A stretch of 64,000 nucleotides of DNA, taken from contig CAWJSR010000002.1 of the NCBI GenBank assembly GCA_963845515.1, positions 1 to 64,000 on the forward strand, read 5' to 3'. Within the stretch, counting starts at the first letter, position 1, and each line of letters opens with the position of its first letter. The stretch comes from an uncultured delta proteobacterium. GTDB lineage: Bacteria > Myxococcota > Myxococcia > Myxococcales > Anaeromyxobacteraceae. The position numbers and the translations under genes were made by a program. The notes beneath the pieces were generated by a model. That model saw only the letters and a program-made list of their open reading frames with translations. It did not search any database and was not told where the DNA came from. Positions 32,645-43,488 of this stretch are shown here, piece after piece.

Positions 32645-33833
32645 TCACCGATCGAAGAGCAGCTTCCCGCTCTCGAAGAGCTTCACGGTCAGGAGGAGCA
32701 CGAGCACGGCGACGAGCAGGCTCGCCCCGGCCGCCGAGAGGTACGCGCCGAGCCCCACCGCCTCGCCGCGGACGAGCCGCGACATGATCACCTGCTCGGC
32801 GAGGAACGGGGTCGCCTGCATCCACGCCTGGGGCTTCACGGGCGACAGCGCGAGCAGGACGCCGGGGACGGCCGGCACGAGCATCAGGAGCGAGATCGTG
32901 GTCTGGGCCTGCCGGAAGTTGCGCGCCCGCACCGCGACGAGCGCCATGAGCGCGTTCGCGAGGAGGAGCAGCGGCAGCGTGACCGCGAGCACCCTCAGGA
33001 GGACGCCGAGGTCGAGCCGGATGGCGAAGCCCAGCCGCTCCGGCGGCAGGAGCACCGGCAGGAAGCCGAACCCGACGACCGTCTCCGCGAGCGCGAGCGC
33101 GGAGAAGGCCCCCGCGGCGGCGGCCTTCCCGAGGACGAACGCGCCGCGAGGGACGGGGTTCACGAGGAGCGGCTCCAGCGACTGGCGCTCACGCTCCCCG
33201 GCGGTCGTGTCGATGGCCACGGCCATGCCCCCCATGAACATCGCCATGACGACGAAGTACGGGAGGATGGAGAGGAAGATGGCGGCGCGGCTCTCCGGCG
33301 TCGCGAGGTCCACGGTCTCGACCGCGAGCGGCTCGATCACCACCGGGTGGATGCCGCGGGCGACGAGCCGCTGCGCCGCGGCCTGGCGTCCCCACGCGTC
33401 GAGGCGGGCGCGCACCGCCGCGATGACCGCGGCCGACTGCTGGCGCGACTCGTCCACGACGAGCCGCACCGGGGCGGGCCGCCCCGCGCGCAGGGTCGGG
33501 CCGAACGCGGGCGGGATGACGAGGACCACGTCGACGTCACCGGCCCGCACCGCCGCCTCCGGATCGGCGGGCGCCGCCACGATCCGCGCCTCCGCGCCGA
33601 GGAAGGCGACGAGGTTGGGGGCGTGCTCCCGCGCCGGCCACGGGCAGCGTGATCCCCTCGCGCGCCACCTTCTGCATCGTCTGCGAGGCGTAGTGGAGCG
33701 CCACCGCGAGGGTCAGCGGCCCGAGGAGCGGGAAGAAGAGCGCCATGAGGAGCGTGCGCCGGTCACGGAGCCCGTCGGTGAGCTCCTTGCGGAAGACGAC
33801 GCGCGCCGGGCGCCAGGTGTCGCGGGTGATCAC
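32645..33833 (-). CDS. ABC-2/NatB-type permease (frameshift near 33635)
   Basis: VFRKELTDGLRDRRTL, AIDTTAGERERQSLEPLL, multiple TM helices. Confidence 0.85.
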
Positions 33834-34561
33834 TCGAGCCCCTCCTCGGAGCCGATGGCCGCCACGAACGCGTCCTCCAGGCTCGCCTTCCCGGTCGCGC
33901 GGCGCAGCTCGTCGGGCGTCCCCTCCGCGACCACCTGGCCGCGCGCGATGACCACGACGCGGTCGCAGAGGGCAGAGACCTCCTGCATGACGTGGGACGA
34001 GAAGAGGACGCAGCGCCCCTCCTCGCGCAGCCGGAAGAGGAGCGCCCGGACCGCCCGCGTCGCCGCCACGTCGAGCCCGTTGGTCGGCTCGTCGAGCACG
34101 ACGTTGTGCGGGTCGTGGACGAGCGCGCGCGCGAGCGCCACCTTCACGCGCTGCCCCTGCGAGAAGCCCTCGGTGCGCCGGTCGGCGAACTCCTGCATCC
34201 CGAGCAGCTCGATCAGCGAGTCGGCCCGCGCCTCGGCGGTGGCGCGCGCCATCCCGTGGAGCTCGGCGAAGTAGTGGACGTGCTCGCGCGCGGTGAGCCG
34301 GGCGTAGAGCCCCTGCGCGTGCGGCAGGATCCCGAGCCGCCGCTGCGCGTCGATCCGGTCGGTCGCCAGGTCGACCCCGTCGACGTGGACGCGCCCGGCG
34401 TCGGGGACGATCACGCCGTAGATGGTCCGGAGCGCGGTCGTCTTCCCGGCGCCGTTCGGCCCGAGCAGCCCGGTGATCTGCCCGTTCCCGACCTCGAAGG
34501 AGACGCCGCGCAGCGCCTCCACCTTCCCGAAGGACTTCTTCACGCCCTCGAGGACGATCAC
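33830..34561 (-). CDS. NatA-type ABC ATP-binding protein
   Basis: GPNGAGKTT, GFSQGQRVKVALARALVHDP, LDEPTNGLD, SSHVMQEV. Confidence 0.9.
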   Translation of the reverse strand: MIVLEGVKKSFGKVEALRGVSFEVGNGQITGLLGPNGAGKTTALRTIYGVIVPDAGRVHVDGVDLATDRIDAQRRLGILPHAQGLYARLTAREHVHYFAELHGMARATAEARADSLIELLGMQEFADRRTEGFSQGQRVKVALARALVHDPHNVVLDEPTNGLDVAATRAVRALLFRLREEGRCVLFSSHVMQEVSALCDRVVVIARGQVVAEGTPDELRRATGKASLEDAFVAAIGSEEGLE

Positions 34562-36057
34562 GGCGCGCCCCCGAGGAGATCGACGAAGACCGGCGGCGGC
34601 AGGACCGCGGCGGCGCAGGAGGGATCCAGCCCGCCGGCGCTCCCGGCGTCGATGAAGTCGGCCACGAGCCGCGGGACGCACCCGCGCGAGAAGACCCCGT
34701 GCCCCTGCCCGGCGAGGACCACCTGGCGGGCCCCGGGGAGATCTCCCGCCAGCAGGTCGGCCCAGCGCGGCGGCGTCACCGGGTCTGCCTCGCCGGAGAG
34801 CAGGAGCGCCGGCACCCTGGAGCGCAGCGGCGCGCGCCACGCCGGCGGGGCGGGCGTGACCGGCCAGGCCGCGCAGACCTTCCGGAAGGCGTCCCTCACC
34901 GAGCGGCCCAGGAAGCGGCCCGCGTCCTCGCCCGAGGTGCTCGCGCCGGCGAAGGGCACGTCCTCCGCGCACAGGACCGAGAGCTGGAGCGGCCGCGAGA
35001 GGCCGGCCTCGAGGTCGGCCGTGGCCGCGACCCCTTGCGCCGCGAGCGGTCCAAGGTCCCCCGCGGCCGCCGCGTGCAGCATCGCCGGGAGGACCGCCGC
35101 GGTCTCGGCCTGGTAGAGGAACGCGCTCACCACCGCGCGGAGCTGATCGAGGCCGAAGGTGGCCTCGAGCGGCGCTCCGGTGACGGGGTGGCGGGTCCGG
35201 ACGCGCTCGGCGCGCCTGGCCAGGCGGTCGCCGAGCGCCCGGAGCTCGCCGGCGGGGTCCGGGAAGCTGCTGGCGCAGAGGGGGTCGGCGGCGCAGCGGG
35301 CGAAGAGCAGGTCGAGCGCGCGCTGCCCGTCCGCCTCGAAGGCGGAGCCTACGGCGAGCTGGAAGGGCACGACGCCGTCGAGGACCAGCGACCGGATCCG
35401 CGTGGGATGGCTGCGCGCCCAGGAGAGGGCCGCGCGAGTGCCGTAGCTGAAGCCGATCACGTTGGCGCGCTCGTAGCCGAGCGCCTCCCGGACGGCCTCC
35501 AGATCGGCGACGTAGTCGGCGGTCCCATAGCGGGAGAGGTCGACCTTCAGCGACCGGGCGCAGGCGCCGACGGCGGCGAGCTCCTTCGCGGGATCGTCCA
35601 GCACCCGCTCTGGCGCGTCGAGCGCCGGGCAGGCGAGCCGCCCGGAGCCCCCCGTGCCTCGCTGGTCGACGAGGACCAGCGCTCGCGCGCGTGCGATGCG
35701 GCCGAAGGCGGGGGCCAGCGCCGGGAAGGCGTCGCGGATCGACTGGCCCGGGCCGCCCGCGAGGACGAAGACCGGGTCGGGCTCGGCCTTCGGCGAGTCG
35801 GCGGCGATCACGGCGACGGCGAGCGCGATCTTCCGGCCGTTTGGGAGCGCGCGGTCCTCGGGCACCTCCAGCGTCCCGCAGCGCGCCGCCACGCGCGCGG
35901 GGGCGAGCGGGTGCGAGAGCTGGCAGGGGGAGAGCGCGAGGTCCGCGAGCGCCGCCGCCGGGGCGACGGCGACGATCGCGGCCGCCAACGCGGCCCCGTG
36001 GACCCTTCCCCTCTCCCTCAGTGAGGGAGAGGGACAGGGTGAGGGAGATCCAGGCAT
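34558..36057 (-). CDS. Secreted alpha/beta hydrolase (TAP-like peptidase)
   Basis: CGTLEVPEDR, LAGGPGQS, DQRGTG, GFSYGT nucleophile, DPVTP, GHG; hydrophobic leader AALAAAIVAVAPAAALA; start uncertain. Confidence 0.85.
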   Translation of the reverse strand: MPGSPSPCPSPSLRERGRVHGAALAAAIVAVAPAAALADLALSPCQLSHPLAPARVAARCGTLEVPEDRALPNGRKIALAVAVIAADSPKAEPDPVFVLAGGPGQSIRDAFPALAPAFGRIARARALVLVDQRGTGGSGRLACPALDAPERVLDDPAKELAAVGACARSLKVDLSRYGTADYVADLEAVREALGYERANVIGFSYGTRAALSWARSHPTRIRSLVLDGVVPFQLAVGSAFEADGQRALDLLFARCAADPLCASSFPDPAGELRALGDRLARRAERVRTRHPVTGAPLEATFGLDQLRAVVSAFLYQAETAAVLPAMLHAAAAGDLGPLAAQGVAATADLEAGLSRPLQLSVLCAEDVPFAGASTSGEDAGRFLGRSVRDAFRKVCAAWPVTPAPPAWRAPLRSRVPALLLSGEADPVTPPRWADLLAGDLPGARQVVLAGQGHGVFSRGCVPRLVADFIDAGSAGGLDPSCAAAVLPPPVFVDLLGGAP

Positions 36058-36143
36058 GGCCCCCTCACCCCTCCCTCTCCCCCGGTGGGGGAGAGGGGAT
36101 GTCTTCGTCGGTGGTGGCCCTCTCCCCCGGTGGGGGAGAGGGG
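36003..36143. repeat. Cluster of three REP-like palindromes
   Basis: CCCTCTCCCTCA-G-TGAGGGAGAGGG; CCCTCTCCCCC-GGT-GGGGGAGAGGG twice; flanking GGGTGAGGG/CCCTCACCC. Confidence 0.8.
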
Positions 36144-37359
36144 TTGGTTTGGATGGCGGGGAAGAGGCGGGAACGCCCGGCGGCACCGGCCGCCCGGCGC
36201 TGGCCACCATGCGGACCCGGCTCTCCGGCCCGAGCGCGATCCCGTCGCCGCGCGGCTCGCCTCCCGCGATCTCGATCACGTCGCCGCGGAGGAGCTTCTC
36301 GAAGCGTCGGTTCCCGTCGTTGACGTGCTTCTCCTGGAGCGCGAGCCCCATCCGCCCCTCGGGGCCGCAGCCCATGTAGCGCAGCCGCCCCTTCGACGGC
36401 AGCGGCTCGGAGACGATCCTGAAGGCGCGCTCCGCGGGCGGCGCGGCCCAGCCCTCCCCCTTCGGCGCGACGATGAGGTAGCTCATCTTCACCGCCTCGC
36501 GCCGGAGCCCGGCCGCCTTCGCGACCTGGGCGACGAGCGGGGGCGGCTCGACGGGCCGCTCGGCGTGGCACCAGTCGGTCTCCTTCACGAGCGCGGGGCA
36601 GGCGTCGCGGAAGAGGCATGGGGCCCGGATCGCGTAGCCGCGCGCGACCAGCAGGTCGCGGACCCTCAGCAGCGCGCGCGACGTGTCGCGCAGCGCCGGC
36701 TCGACGACGACTAGCGAGCCGCCCGGCGAGAGGAGGCCGAGCGCCTCCTCGAGCAGGTCGGCGCGGCGGGCGTCCATGGTGGGCTCGGCGTGGCCGCGGA
36801 AGAGCTCGTTGAGCGCGTGGCCCATCAACACGACGTCGAGCTTCCTGCCGCCGGCGAGCTCCGCGAGCGGCCGGCCGTGCGTGGGGTTCCACTCGCGCGT
36901 CGCGAGCGGCTCCCCCGCCTCGGTGGAGAGGCCGCGCGCGGCGGCGAGCGCCTTCGCAGAGCGGTCGGCAGCGATCACCTCGGCCGCGCCGGCGTCGAGC
37001 GCCGCGAAGGACATCGGCCCGGGGCCGCTCCCCAGGTCGAGCACCGAGCGCGGCCGGCGCGGCAGCTCCGAGAGGACGCCGCGCGCCTGGAGGTAGCTCG
37101 TGGGCCAGTAGAAGAGGAGGTACGCGCCGAGCAGCCGATCGTCGTCGAGGTAGCGGGCGCCGACGAGCTCCCGCTCGCGCGTGAGCCCCGTGGAGAGCCG
37201 CGTGACCGCGGCCGCGACCTCCCGAAGCTCGTCCGGCGTGAGCGCGTCGGTGGGCGGGCGCCCACCCTTGCGCGCCGGTCCGCGCCGCGAGGCGCGCCAG
37301 ACGGCGAGGAGGCGGGGGATCCAGGCGTCGAGGCCGGAGCTCGTGGCGGCGTGCTTCAT
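36058..37359 (-). CDS. Rsm22-family SAM-dependent methyltransferase (no own stop in this sequence; reads through into the hydrolase)
   Basis: AYLLFYWPTSY, VLDLGSGPG, VVEPA, IRAPC...CP...DWCH. Confidence 0.78.
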
Positions 37360-37401
37360 CGGGGAGCCCATTGTGCCACGCGCCCGGCCGCGGCGCCGGT
37401 G

Positions 37402-37458
37402 TTGACAATGCTTCTCAGTTTCGTTTAGCGTGCCCCGCATGTTGAGAACGCTTCTCAT
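37402..37458 (+). promoter_or_regulatory. Sigma70 promoter with two Fur-box-like sites
   Basis: TTGACA at 37402 and TAGCGT at 37426; GTTGACAATGCTTCTCA (37401) and GTTGAGAACGCTTCTCA (37441) 40 bp apart; first site 13/19 to GATAATGATAATCATTATC. Confidence 0.72.
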
Positions 37459-38212
37459 CGTCCTCGGAGCCGCCGTCCCGCTCGCCACCCGCGCCGCCCA
37501 CCCGCTCGTCACCGACGACACCGGGACCCAGGGCGCGCGCCGCACGCAGCTGGAGCTCACGGCGGAGCTCGGCCAGGATCGCCCCGATCCGTCCGCCGTC
37601 GACGTCGGCGCCGCGGCGGCAGCGGCCATCGCCTTCGGCCTCGGCGATGCCATCGACCTCGTCATCGGCCTCCCCGTCGCGTGGAGCCGCAGCCGGCTCG
37701 GCGGCGACGTCGTGGCGGAGGCCGCCGGGACCGCCGACGGCCTCCTGGAGCTGAAGTGGCGCTTCCTCGAGCGAGGTGGCTTCAGCGCGGCGCTCAAGCC
37801 TGGCGTGACCCTGCCCACGGGCTCGGCGAGCCGGGGGCTAGGCACGGGGCGCCCAGGCTACGGCCTGGTGCTCGTCGCCTCCCAGGTGCTGGGCCCCGTC
37901 TCGGTGCACGTGAACGGCGGCTGGTCGCACGCCGAGCATGCGCTCCCCGCGGAGCACGCCGCGAGCCGGGGAGACGCCTGGCACGCGTCGGTCGCGGCGG
38001 CGGCCGAGGTGGCGACGGGGCTCCAGCTCGTCGCCAACCTCGGGGTCGACAGCCCGGCCGAGCGCGGCGTCACGGCCTGGCCGGCCTTCGCGCTCGCCGG
38101 GGCGATCTACGCGCTGAGCGACCGGCTCGACCTAGACGCCGGGGTGCGCGCAGCGCTCAACACGGCCGACACGGACCTGATGGTCCTCGCCGGCGCGGCT
38201 TACCGCTTCTGA
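37439..38212 (+). CDS. Putative outer-membrane beta-barrel (porin/transporter) heading the feo operon
   Basis: Signal peptide then HPLVTDDTGTQG; LKWRF, TLPTG...GLGTG; amphipathic strands; C-terminal AYRF. Confidence 0.7.
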   Translation: MLRTLLIVLGAAVPLATRAAHPLVTDDTGTQGARRTQLELTAELGQDRPDPSAVDVGAAAAAAIAFGLGDAIDLVIGLPVAWSRSRLGGDVVAEAAGTADGLLELKWRFLERGGFSAALKPGVTLPTGSASRGLGTGRPGYGLVLVASQVLGPVSVHVNGGWSHAEHALPAEHAASRGDAWHASVAAAAEVATGLQLVANLGVDSPAERGVTAWPAFALAGAIYALSDRLDLDAGVRAALNTADTDLMVLAGAAYRF

Positions 38213-38220
38213 GGAGACAG

Positions 38221-38448
38221 ATGGTTCCGCTCGGACTGCTGGGTGCTGGTGAGGAAGGCGTGATCGTCGCCGTGGGGGGCGTCTCCGGGGGCGCGGTCTC
38301 CGGGCGCGCCGAGGACATGGGGCTCCGGGTCGGGCGGCGGGTGCGGATGCTCACGAACGGCGTGGGGCCGGTGCTGGTGAAGGTGGACGAGTCACGCATC
38401 GCGCTCGATCGCGGCGCGGCCATGAGGATCAAGGTGAGGACCGAGTGA
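38221..38448 (+). CDS. feoA: Ferrous iron transport protein A
   Basis: [42 protein letters not shown]. Confidence 0.85.
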   Translation: MVPLGLLGAGEEGVIVAVGGVSGGAVSGRAEDMGLRVGRRVRMLTNGVGPVLVKVDESRIALDRGAAMRIKVRTE

Positions 38449-38450
38449 AC

Positions 38451-38678
38451 ATGAACCTGGCGGAGCTGGTGCCCGGAACCCGGGCGAAGGTGATCTCGAT
38501 CGGCGTCGTCGGCGCCATGAAGCGGCGGCTGATGGACATGGGCGTCGTCCCGGGAGAGGCGGTGCGGGTCGAGAAGGTCGCGCCGCTCGGGGATCCGATC
38601 GAGGTGACGATCAAGAGCTACAGCCTCTCGCTCCGCAAGAAGGAAGCGGAGGGGATCCTGGTGGAGGTGCTGACGTGA
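38451..38678 (+). CDS. feoA: Ferrous iron transport protein A
   Basis: [30 protein letters not shown]. Confidence 0.92.
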   Translation: MNLAELVPGTRAKVISIGVVGAMKRRLMDMGVVPGEAVRVEKVAPLGDPIEVTIKSYSLSLRKKEAEGILVEVLT

Positions 38679-40881
38679 GCGGCGCGACGGCGCTCGCCGC
38701 GCGCCCCCTCGCCGCCCGGCCGGTCACCATCGCGGTGGCGGGCAACCCCAACTCCGGCAAGTCCACCCTCATCAACGCCATCGCCGGCTCGCGGCTGCAC
38801 GTCGGCAACTGGCCGGGGGTGACGGTCGAGAAGAAGGAGGCCACCTTCGAGCACGCCGGGCGCACCGTGAGGCTGGTCGACCTGCCCGGGACCTACTCGC
38901 TCTCGCCCTACTCGCAGGAGGAGATCGTCGCGCGCGACTACCTCGCCCACGAGCGGCCGGACGTGGTCGTCAACGTGGTGGACGCGACGAACCTGGAGCG
39001 GAACCTCTACCTGACGGTCCAGCTCCTCGAGCTCGGCCTCCCGGTGGTGATCGCGCTCAACATCTTCGACGAGGCCCAGGCCAAGGGGTACCGCTTCGAC
39101 GTCCGCGGGATCGAGGATCGCCTCGGCGTCCCCGTCGTCCCGACGTCGGCCACCCGCGGGACCGGCCTGCAGCAGCTGCTCGACAGGGCCCTCTCACAGG
39201 CCGACGCCGGCGTCGGCGCGCAGGCGGCCCACGTCCGCTACGGCCCGGACCTCGAGGCCGCGATCGACGCCGTGTCGAGGGCCTTCGCCGACGCCCACCC
39301 CGAGCAGGCCGCCGCCTACCCGCGCAGGTGGCTCGCCCTCAAGCTGATCGAGGGGGACGCGCACCTCGCGGGCGAGACCGGGATCGACGCCGCGGCGCTG
39401 CTCGCGGAGCCGCTGCGCCACCTCCGGACGGCCCACGGCGAGGACGCCGAGGCGACCGTCGCCGAGGCGCGCCACGGCGTCGCGGCCGGCCTCACGCGCG
39501 AGGTGCTCCAGAAGCCGGCCATGCCGAAGCAGGAGCTGACCGAGCGGATCGACCGGATCGTGCTGAACCGCTTCCTCGGCATCCCGATCTTCCTGGCGGC
39601 GATGTGGCTCGTCTTCAAGCTGACCTTCGATCTCTCCACGCCCTTCGGCGACTGGATCGACGCGATCGCCAACGGGCCGCTCAAGCGCTGGGCCGCCGCG
39701 ATCCTCGGGGGGGTCGGCGCCCCGGACTGGACCATCTCGCTCGTCAACGACGGCATCATCTCGGGCGTGGGCTTCGTGCTCGTCTTCGTGCCGGTCATCT
39801 TCGCGATGATGTTCTTCATCACCTTCCTGGAGGGGAGCGGCTACATGGCGCGCGCCGCCTTCGTCATGGACAAGGCGATGCACGCGATGGGGCTTCACGG
39901 TAAGTCCTTCATCCCCATGATCCTCGGCTTCGGCTGCAACGTCCCGGGGATCTACGCGACCAGGACGCTCGAGAGCATGCGCGACCGGGTCCTCACCGCG
40001 CTCCTGATCCCGCTCATGTCCTGCGGCGCCCGGCTGCCGGTCTACGTCCTCTTCGTGGGCGTCTTCTTCCCCGGGCGCGCCGGGACCGTCATCTGGTCGC
40101 TCTACGTCGTCGGGATCGCGCTCGCCATCGTGATGGGCGTGATCTTCAAGAAGACGCTCTTCCGCGGAGACGCGCCGTCCTTCATCATGGAGCTGCCCCC
40201 CTACCGGATGCCGTCTCTGCGGAGCCTCGGCGTCCACACCTGGGAGAAGGGGAAGCACTTCCTCTTCAAGGCGGGCACGTACATCCTCGCGGTCTCGGTC
40301 TTCGTCTGGTTCCTGCTGAACCTGCCGTGGGGCGTCGAGAGCAAGCGCGACTCGTACCTCGGCCGCGCCGGGCAGGTGATGGCGCCTGCGCTCGCGCCGC
40401 TCGGCTTCGGCACCTGGGAGGCCGCCTCCGCGCTCATCACCGGCGTCATCGCCAAGGAGGTCGTGGTCGGGACGATGGGCGAGATCTACGCCCCCCAGCC
40501 CGCCACCGCGGCGGGCAGCCACCCACGCTGGGGGAGGATCTCCGGAACATCGTGGTCTCCTTCGCCGCGGCAGGGCGCGACTCGGTGCTCAACGTCGTCT
40601 CGACCTTCACGCCCACCGCCTTCGCGGTCGACATGGAGGCGGAGGCGGCGCCCACGCCGCTGAAGGGGGCGGTGGCGAAGGCCTTCACGCCGCTCACCGC
40701 CGTCGGGTTCATGATCTTCGTGCTGCTCTACATGCCGTGCGTCGTCGTCGCCATCGCCATGCGGCAGGAGTTCGGCGGCTGGAAGTGGTTCGGCGTCGCC
40801 TTCGCCTACCAGACCGTGCTCGCCTGGGGCATGGCGCTGCTCGTCTACCAGGGCGGCCGGCTCCTCGGCCTGGGAGGGTGA
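38675..40881 (+). CDS. feoB: Ferrous iron transport protein B (frameshift near 40510)
   Basis: [56 protein letters not shown]. Confidence 0.95.
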
Positions 40882-40882
40882 C

Positions 40883-41065
40883 ATGGGGCTCTTCGACGCG
40901 ACCATCGCAGCGGCGATCCTCGGCGGCGCCGCGTGGCTCCTCTACAGAACGCTCGTGAAGGGCGGGGGCTCGTGCGGCGGCTGCAGCCAGCGCGGGGCGT
41001 GCCACGCCCCCGGCCCTACGATCGTGAAGCTGGGCGGCCCCACCGGCGGGCGCTGCGAGCGGTGA
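40883..41065 (+). CDS. FeoB-associated Cys-rich membrane protein
   Basis: N-terminal TM helix then CGGCSQRGACH, directly after feoB. Confidence 0.75.
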   Translation: MGLFDATIAAAILGGAAWLLYRTLVKGGGSCGGCSQRGACHAPGPTIVKLGGPTGGRCER

Positions 41066-41082
41066 CGGCTCGGCGCTCCCGG

Positions 41083-43488
41083 TCACCGGTACTGGACGAC
41101 GAGGGACGGGCGACCCCCCGCAGCGTAGTAATCGGAGCTGTAGAACGAGGTCGCCCTCAACGAGTTCGTGTACGGGAGGTCCAGGTAATGATCCATGAAC
41201 AGCAGGCCGTTGTTCACCCAGGCGCCGCTCGCCCAGTTGCGGACGATGCCCGTCACGTCCCAGCCGAGCCATCCGGACGTCGAAGGGGAGGACACCTGCC
41301 ACCCTCCGGCCGCGTAGGTGCCCGGGGCGTTGTTCCAGGTGAGCGTCGACGTGCTCCATGAACCCGCGAGCGCGCGGACGTCGTACGCGGTCGCCGCGCC
41401 CGACGGCGAGTAGGCATAGAGGCCGATCGTCGCCACCTCGATGGTCCTGTTGCGGAGCACGCTGACGTCGAACTTCACGGCGGAGCCGAAGCAGGTGCCT
41501 TCCTGGGTGCTCAGGTAGCCGTTGTACAGCCAGTTGCAGCCGACGATGAGCTCGGCCGACGGCTTGGGGAGGTTCGCGACCGCGTCGTCCCCGTAGCTGG
41601 TGGCGATGTAGTTGTCCGCGACCGGGTAGAGCGTCATCGTCTGGAGTGGAGCGACCTGGGTGGTCGCCGTCGCGGTGCTCGACCAGGCGGAGGCCCCGGC
41701 GGCGTTGGTGGCGCGGACCCGGAAGTAGTAGGCGGTCGAGCCCGCGAGCCCGTTGCTGTCGAGCTGCGTGGAGCCGGCCGGGACGGTGCCGACGGCCGCG
41801 AAGGTCCCGCTGGCGCTCGACGCCCGCTCGATCTCGAAGGAGCTCTCGTTCGCGGAGGTGTCCGTCCAGGTGATCCGGATCGCCGAGGCGGAGAGCGCCG
41901 AGGCTGCGGTGCCGGACGGCGCCGACGGAGGCGCAAGCGCAGGGGCCTCGGTGGTCGCGGTCGCGGTGCTCGACCAGGGGGAGGCGCCGGCGGCGTTGGT
42001 GGCGCGGACCCGGAAGAAGTAGGCGGTCGAGGCCGCGAGCCCGTTGGTGTCGAGCTGCGTGGAGCCGGCCGCGAGGGTGCCGACGTTGACGAACGTCCCG
42101 CCGGCGCTCGGCGCCCGCTCGACCTCGAAGGCGGTCTCGTTCGCGGACGCGTCCGTCCACGTGATCCGGATCGCCGAGGCGGAGAGGGCCGTGGCCGCGG
42201 CTCCGGACGGCGCCGCGGGCGGCGTCGCGGGCGGGGCCTGGGTGGTCGCGGTCGCGGTGCTCGACCAGGCGGACGCGCCGGTCCCATTCGTGGCGCGGAC
42301 CCTGAACGAGCAGGCCGTCGAGGCCGCGAGCCCGTCGCTGTCGAGCTGCGTGGAGCCGGCCGGGAGGGTGCCGACGTTGACGAACGTCCCGCCGGCGCTC
42401 GGCGCCCGCTCGATCTCGAAGGCGGTCTCGTTCACCGAGGCGTCGATCCAGGTGATCCGGATCGCGGAGGCGGAGAGCGCCGTCGCCGCGGCTCCGCACG
42501 GCGCCCCGGGTGCCGTGGCGGCCCCGGCCTGGGTGGTCGCGCTCACCGTGGCCGACGAGTAGGACGCACCGGCCGCGTTCGCCGCGTGGACCCGGTAGAA
42601 GTAGGTCCCCGAGGCAGCGAGCCCGACGTCGTCGTATTCCGTGACGTTCACGTTGACGGTCGCGATCAGTGCGAATGGCCCCGCGAAGGTCGTCGAGCGG
42701 TAAATCTCGAAGTGTTCCTCGGTCGTGGAGTTGTCGACCCACGTGACCCGGATCGCGGCGGCGGAGAGGGCGGTGGCCGCGGCTTCGGACGGCTCCGACG
42801 GTGGGTTCCACGGATCCGCCTGGGTGGCCGCGCTCGCCGTGTTCGACCAGGGGGACGCGCCGGCCCCGTTCGTCGCGCTGACCCGGTAGAAGAAGGTCCC
42901 CTCGGACCCGAGCCCGAGGTCGTCGTATCCGGTGACGTTCACGTTCACGGTCGCGACCGGCGCGAACGGCCCCGCGCCGCTCGTCGCGCGCTCGATCATG
43001 AAGCCGGTCTCGTCCGTGGAGTCGTCGGTCCACATGACCCGGATCCCGGAGGCGGAGAGCTCCGCGGCCAGGACTCCGGACGGCGCCGCCGGCGGTGCGA
43101 GGGGGTCGCCCTGGGTCGTCGCGCTCGCGATGCTCGCCCAGGCAGAGGCGTCGGCCCCCTTCATCGCGCGCACCCGGTAGAAATAGGTCCCCGAGGCGCC
43201 GAGCCCGAAGTCGTCGTAGCCCGTGACGTTCACGCTCGGGGTCGCGACCAGCGCGAACGGCCCCCCGCTGCTCGTGGCGCGCTCGATCTCGAAGCCGGTC
43301 TCGTTCGCGGAGTTGTCCGTCCAGGTGAGCCGGACCGCCGACGCGGAGAGCGCGACGGCCGCCGCTCCCGACGGCGCCACGACCGCAGGCGGGCCGGGCG
43401 GAGTGCTGGACGTGCCGCCGCCACACGCGGTGGCGAGCAGTGCGATGACGATTCCGCCGGCTGTTCCGGTGGCGTGCGAGCGACGCAT
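41083..43488 (-). CDS. Lipoprotein with six fibronectin type III repeats and a C-terminal DNRLRE-like domain
   Basis: Lipobox LATAC; six APSG...I/LTWxDxSxNE..F..ER...Y.YRVRA.N repeats; TLYPVADNY, KFDVS, WSTSTLTWNNAP, WDVTGIVRNW, RPSLVVQY. Confidence 0.85.
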   Translation of the reverse strand: MRRSHATGTAGGIVIALLATACGGGTSSTPPGPPAVVAPSGAAAVALSASAVRLTWTDNSANETGFEIERATSSGGPFALVATPSVNVTGYDDFGLGASGTYFYRVRAMKGADASAWASIASATTQGDPLAPPAAPSGVLAAELSASGIRVMWTDDSTDETGFMIERATSGAGPFAPVATVNVNVTGYDDLGLGSEGTFFYRVSATNGAGASPWSNTASAATQADPWNPPSEPSEAAATALSAAAIRVTWVDNSTTEEHFEIYRSTTFAGPFALIATVNVNVTEYDDVGLAASGTYFYRVHAANAAGASYSSATVSATTQAGAATAPGAPCGAAATALSASAIRITWIDASVNETAFEIERAPSAGGTFVNVGTLPAGSTQLDSDGLAASTACSFRVRATNGTGASAWSSTATATTQAPPATPPAAPSGAAATALSASAIRITWTDASANETAFEVERAPSAGGTFVNVGTLAAGSTQLDTNGLAASTAYFFRVRATNAAGASPWSSTATATTEAPALAPPSAPSGTAASALSASAIRITWTDTSANESSFEIERASSASGTFAAVGTVPAGSTQLDSNGLAGSTAYYFRVRATNAAGASAWSSTATATTQVAPLQTMTLYPVADNYIATSYGDDAVANLPKPSAELIVGCNWLYNGYLSTQEGTCFGSAVKFDVSVLRNRTIEVATIGLYAYSPSGAATAYDVRALAGSWSTSTLTWNNAPGTYAAGGWQVSSPSTSGWLGWDVTGIVRNWASGAWVNNGLLFMDHYLDLPYTNSLRATSFYSSDYYAAGGRPSLVVQYR

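Noticed and set aside
41650..42510. Long DNA repeats as mobile-element ends
   Set aside because: They are in-frame FN3 domain repeats.
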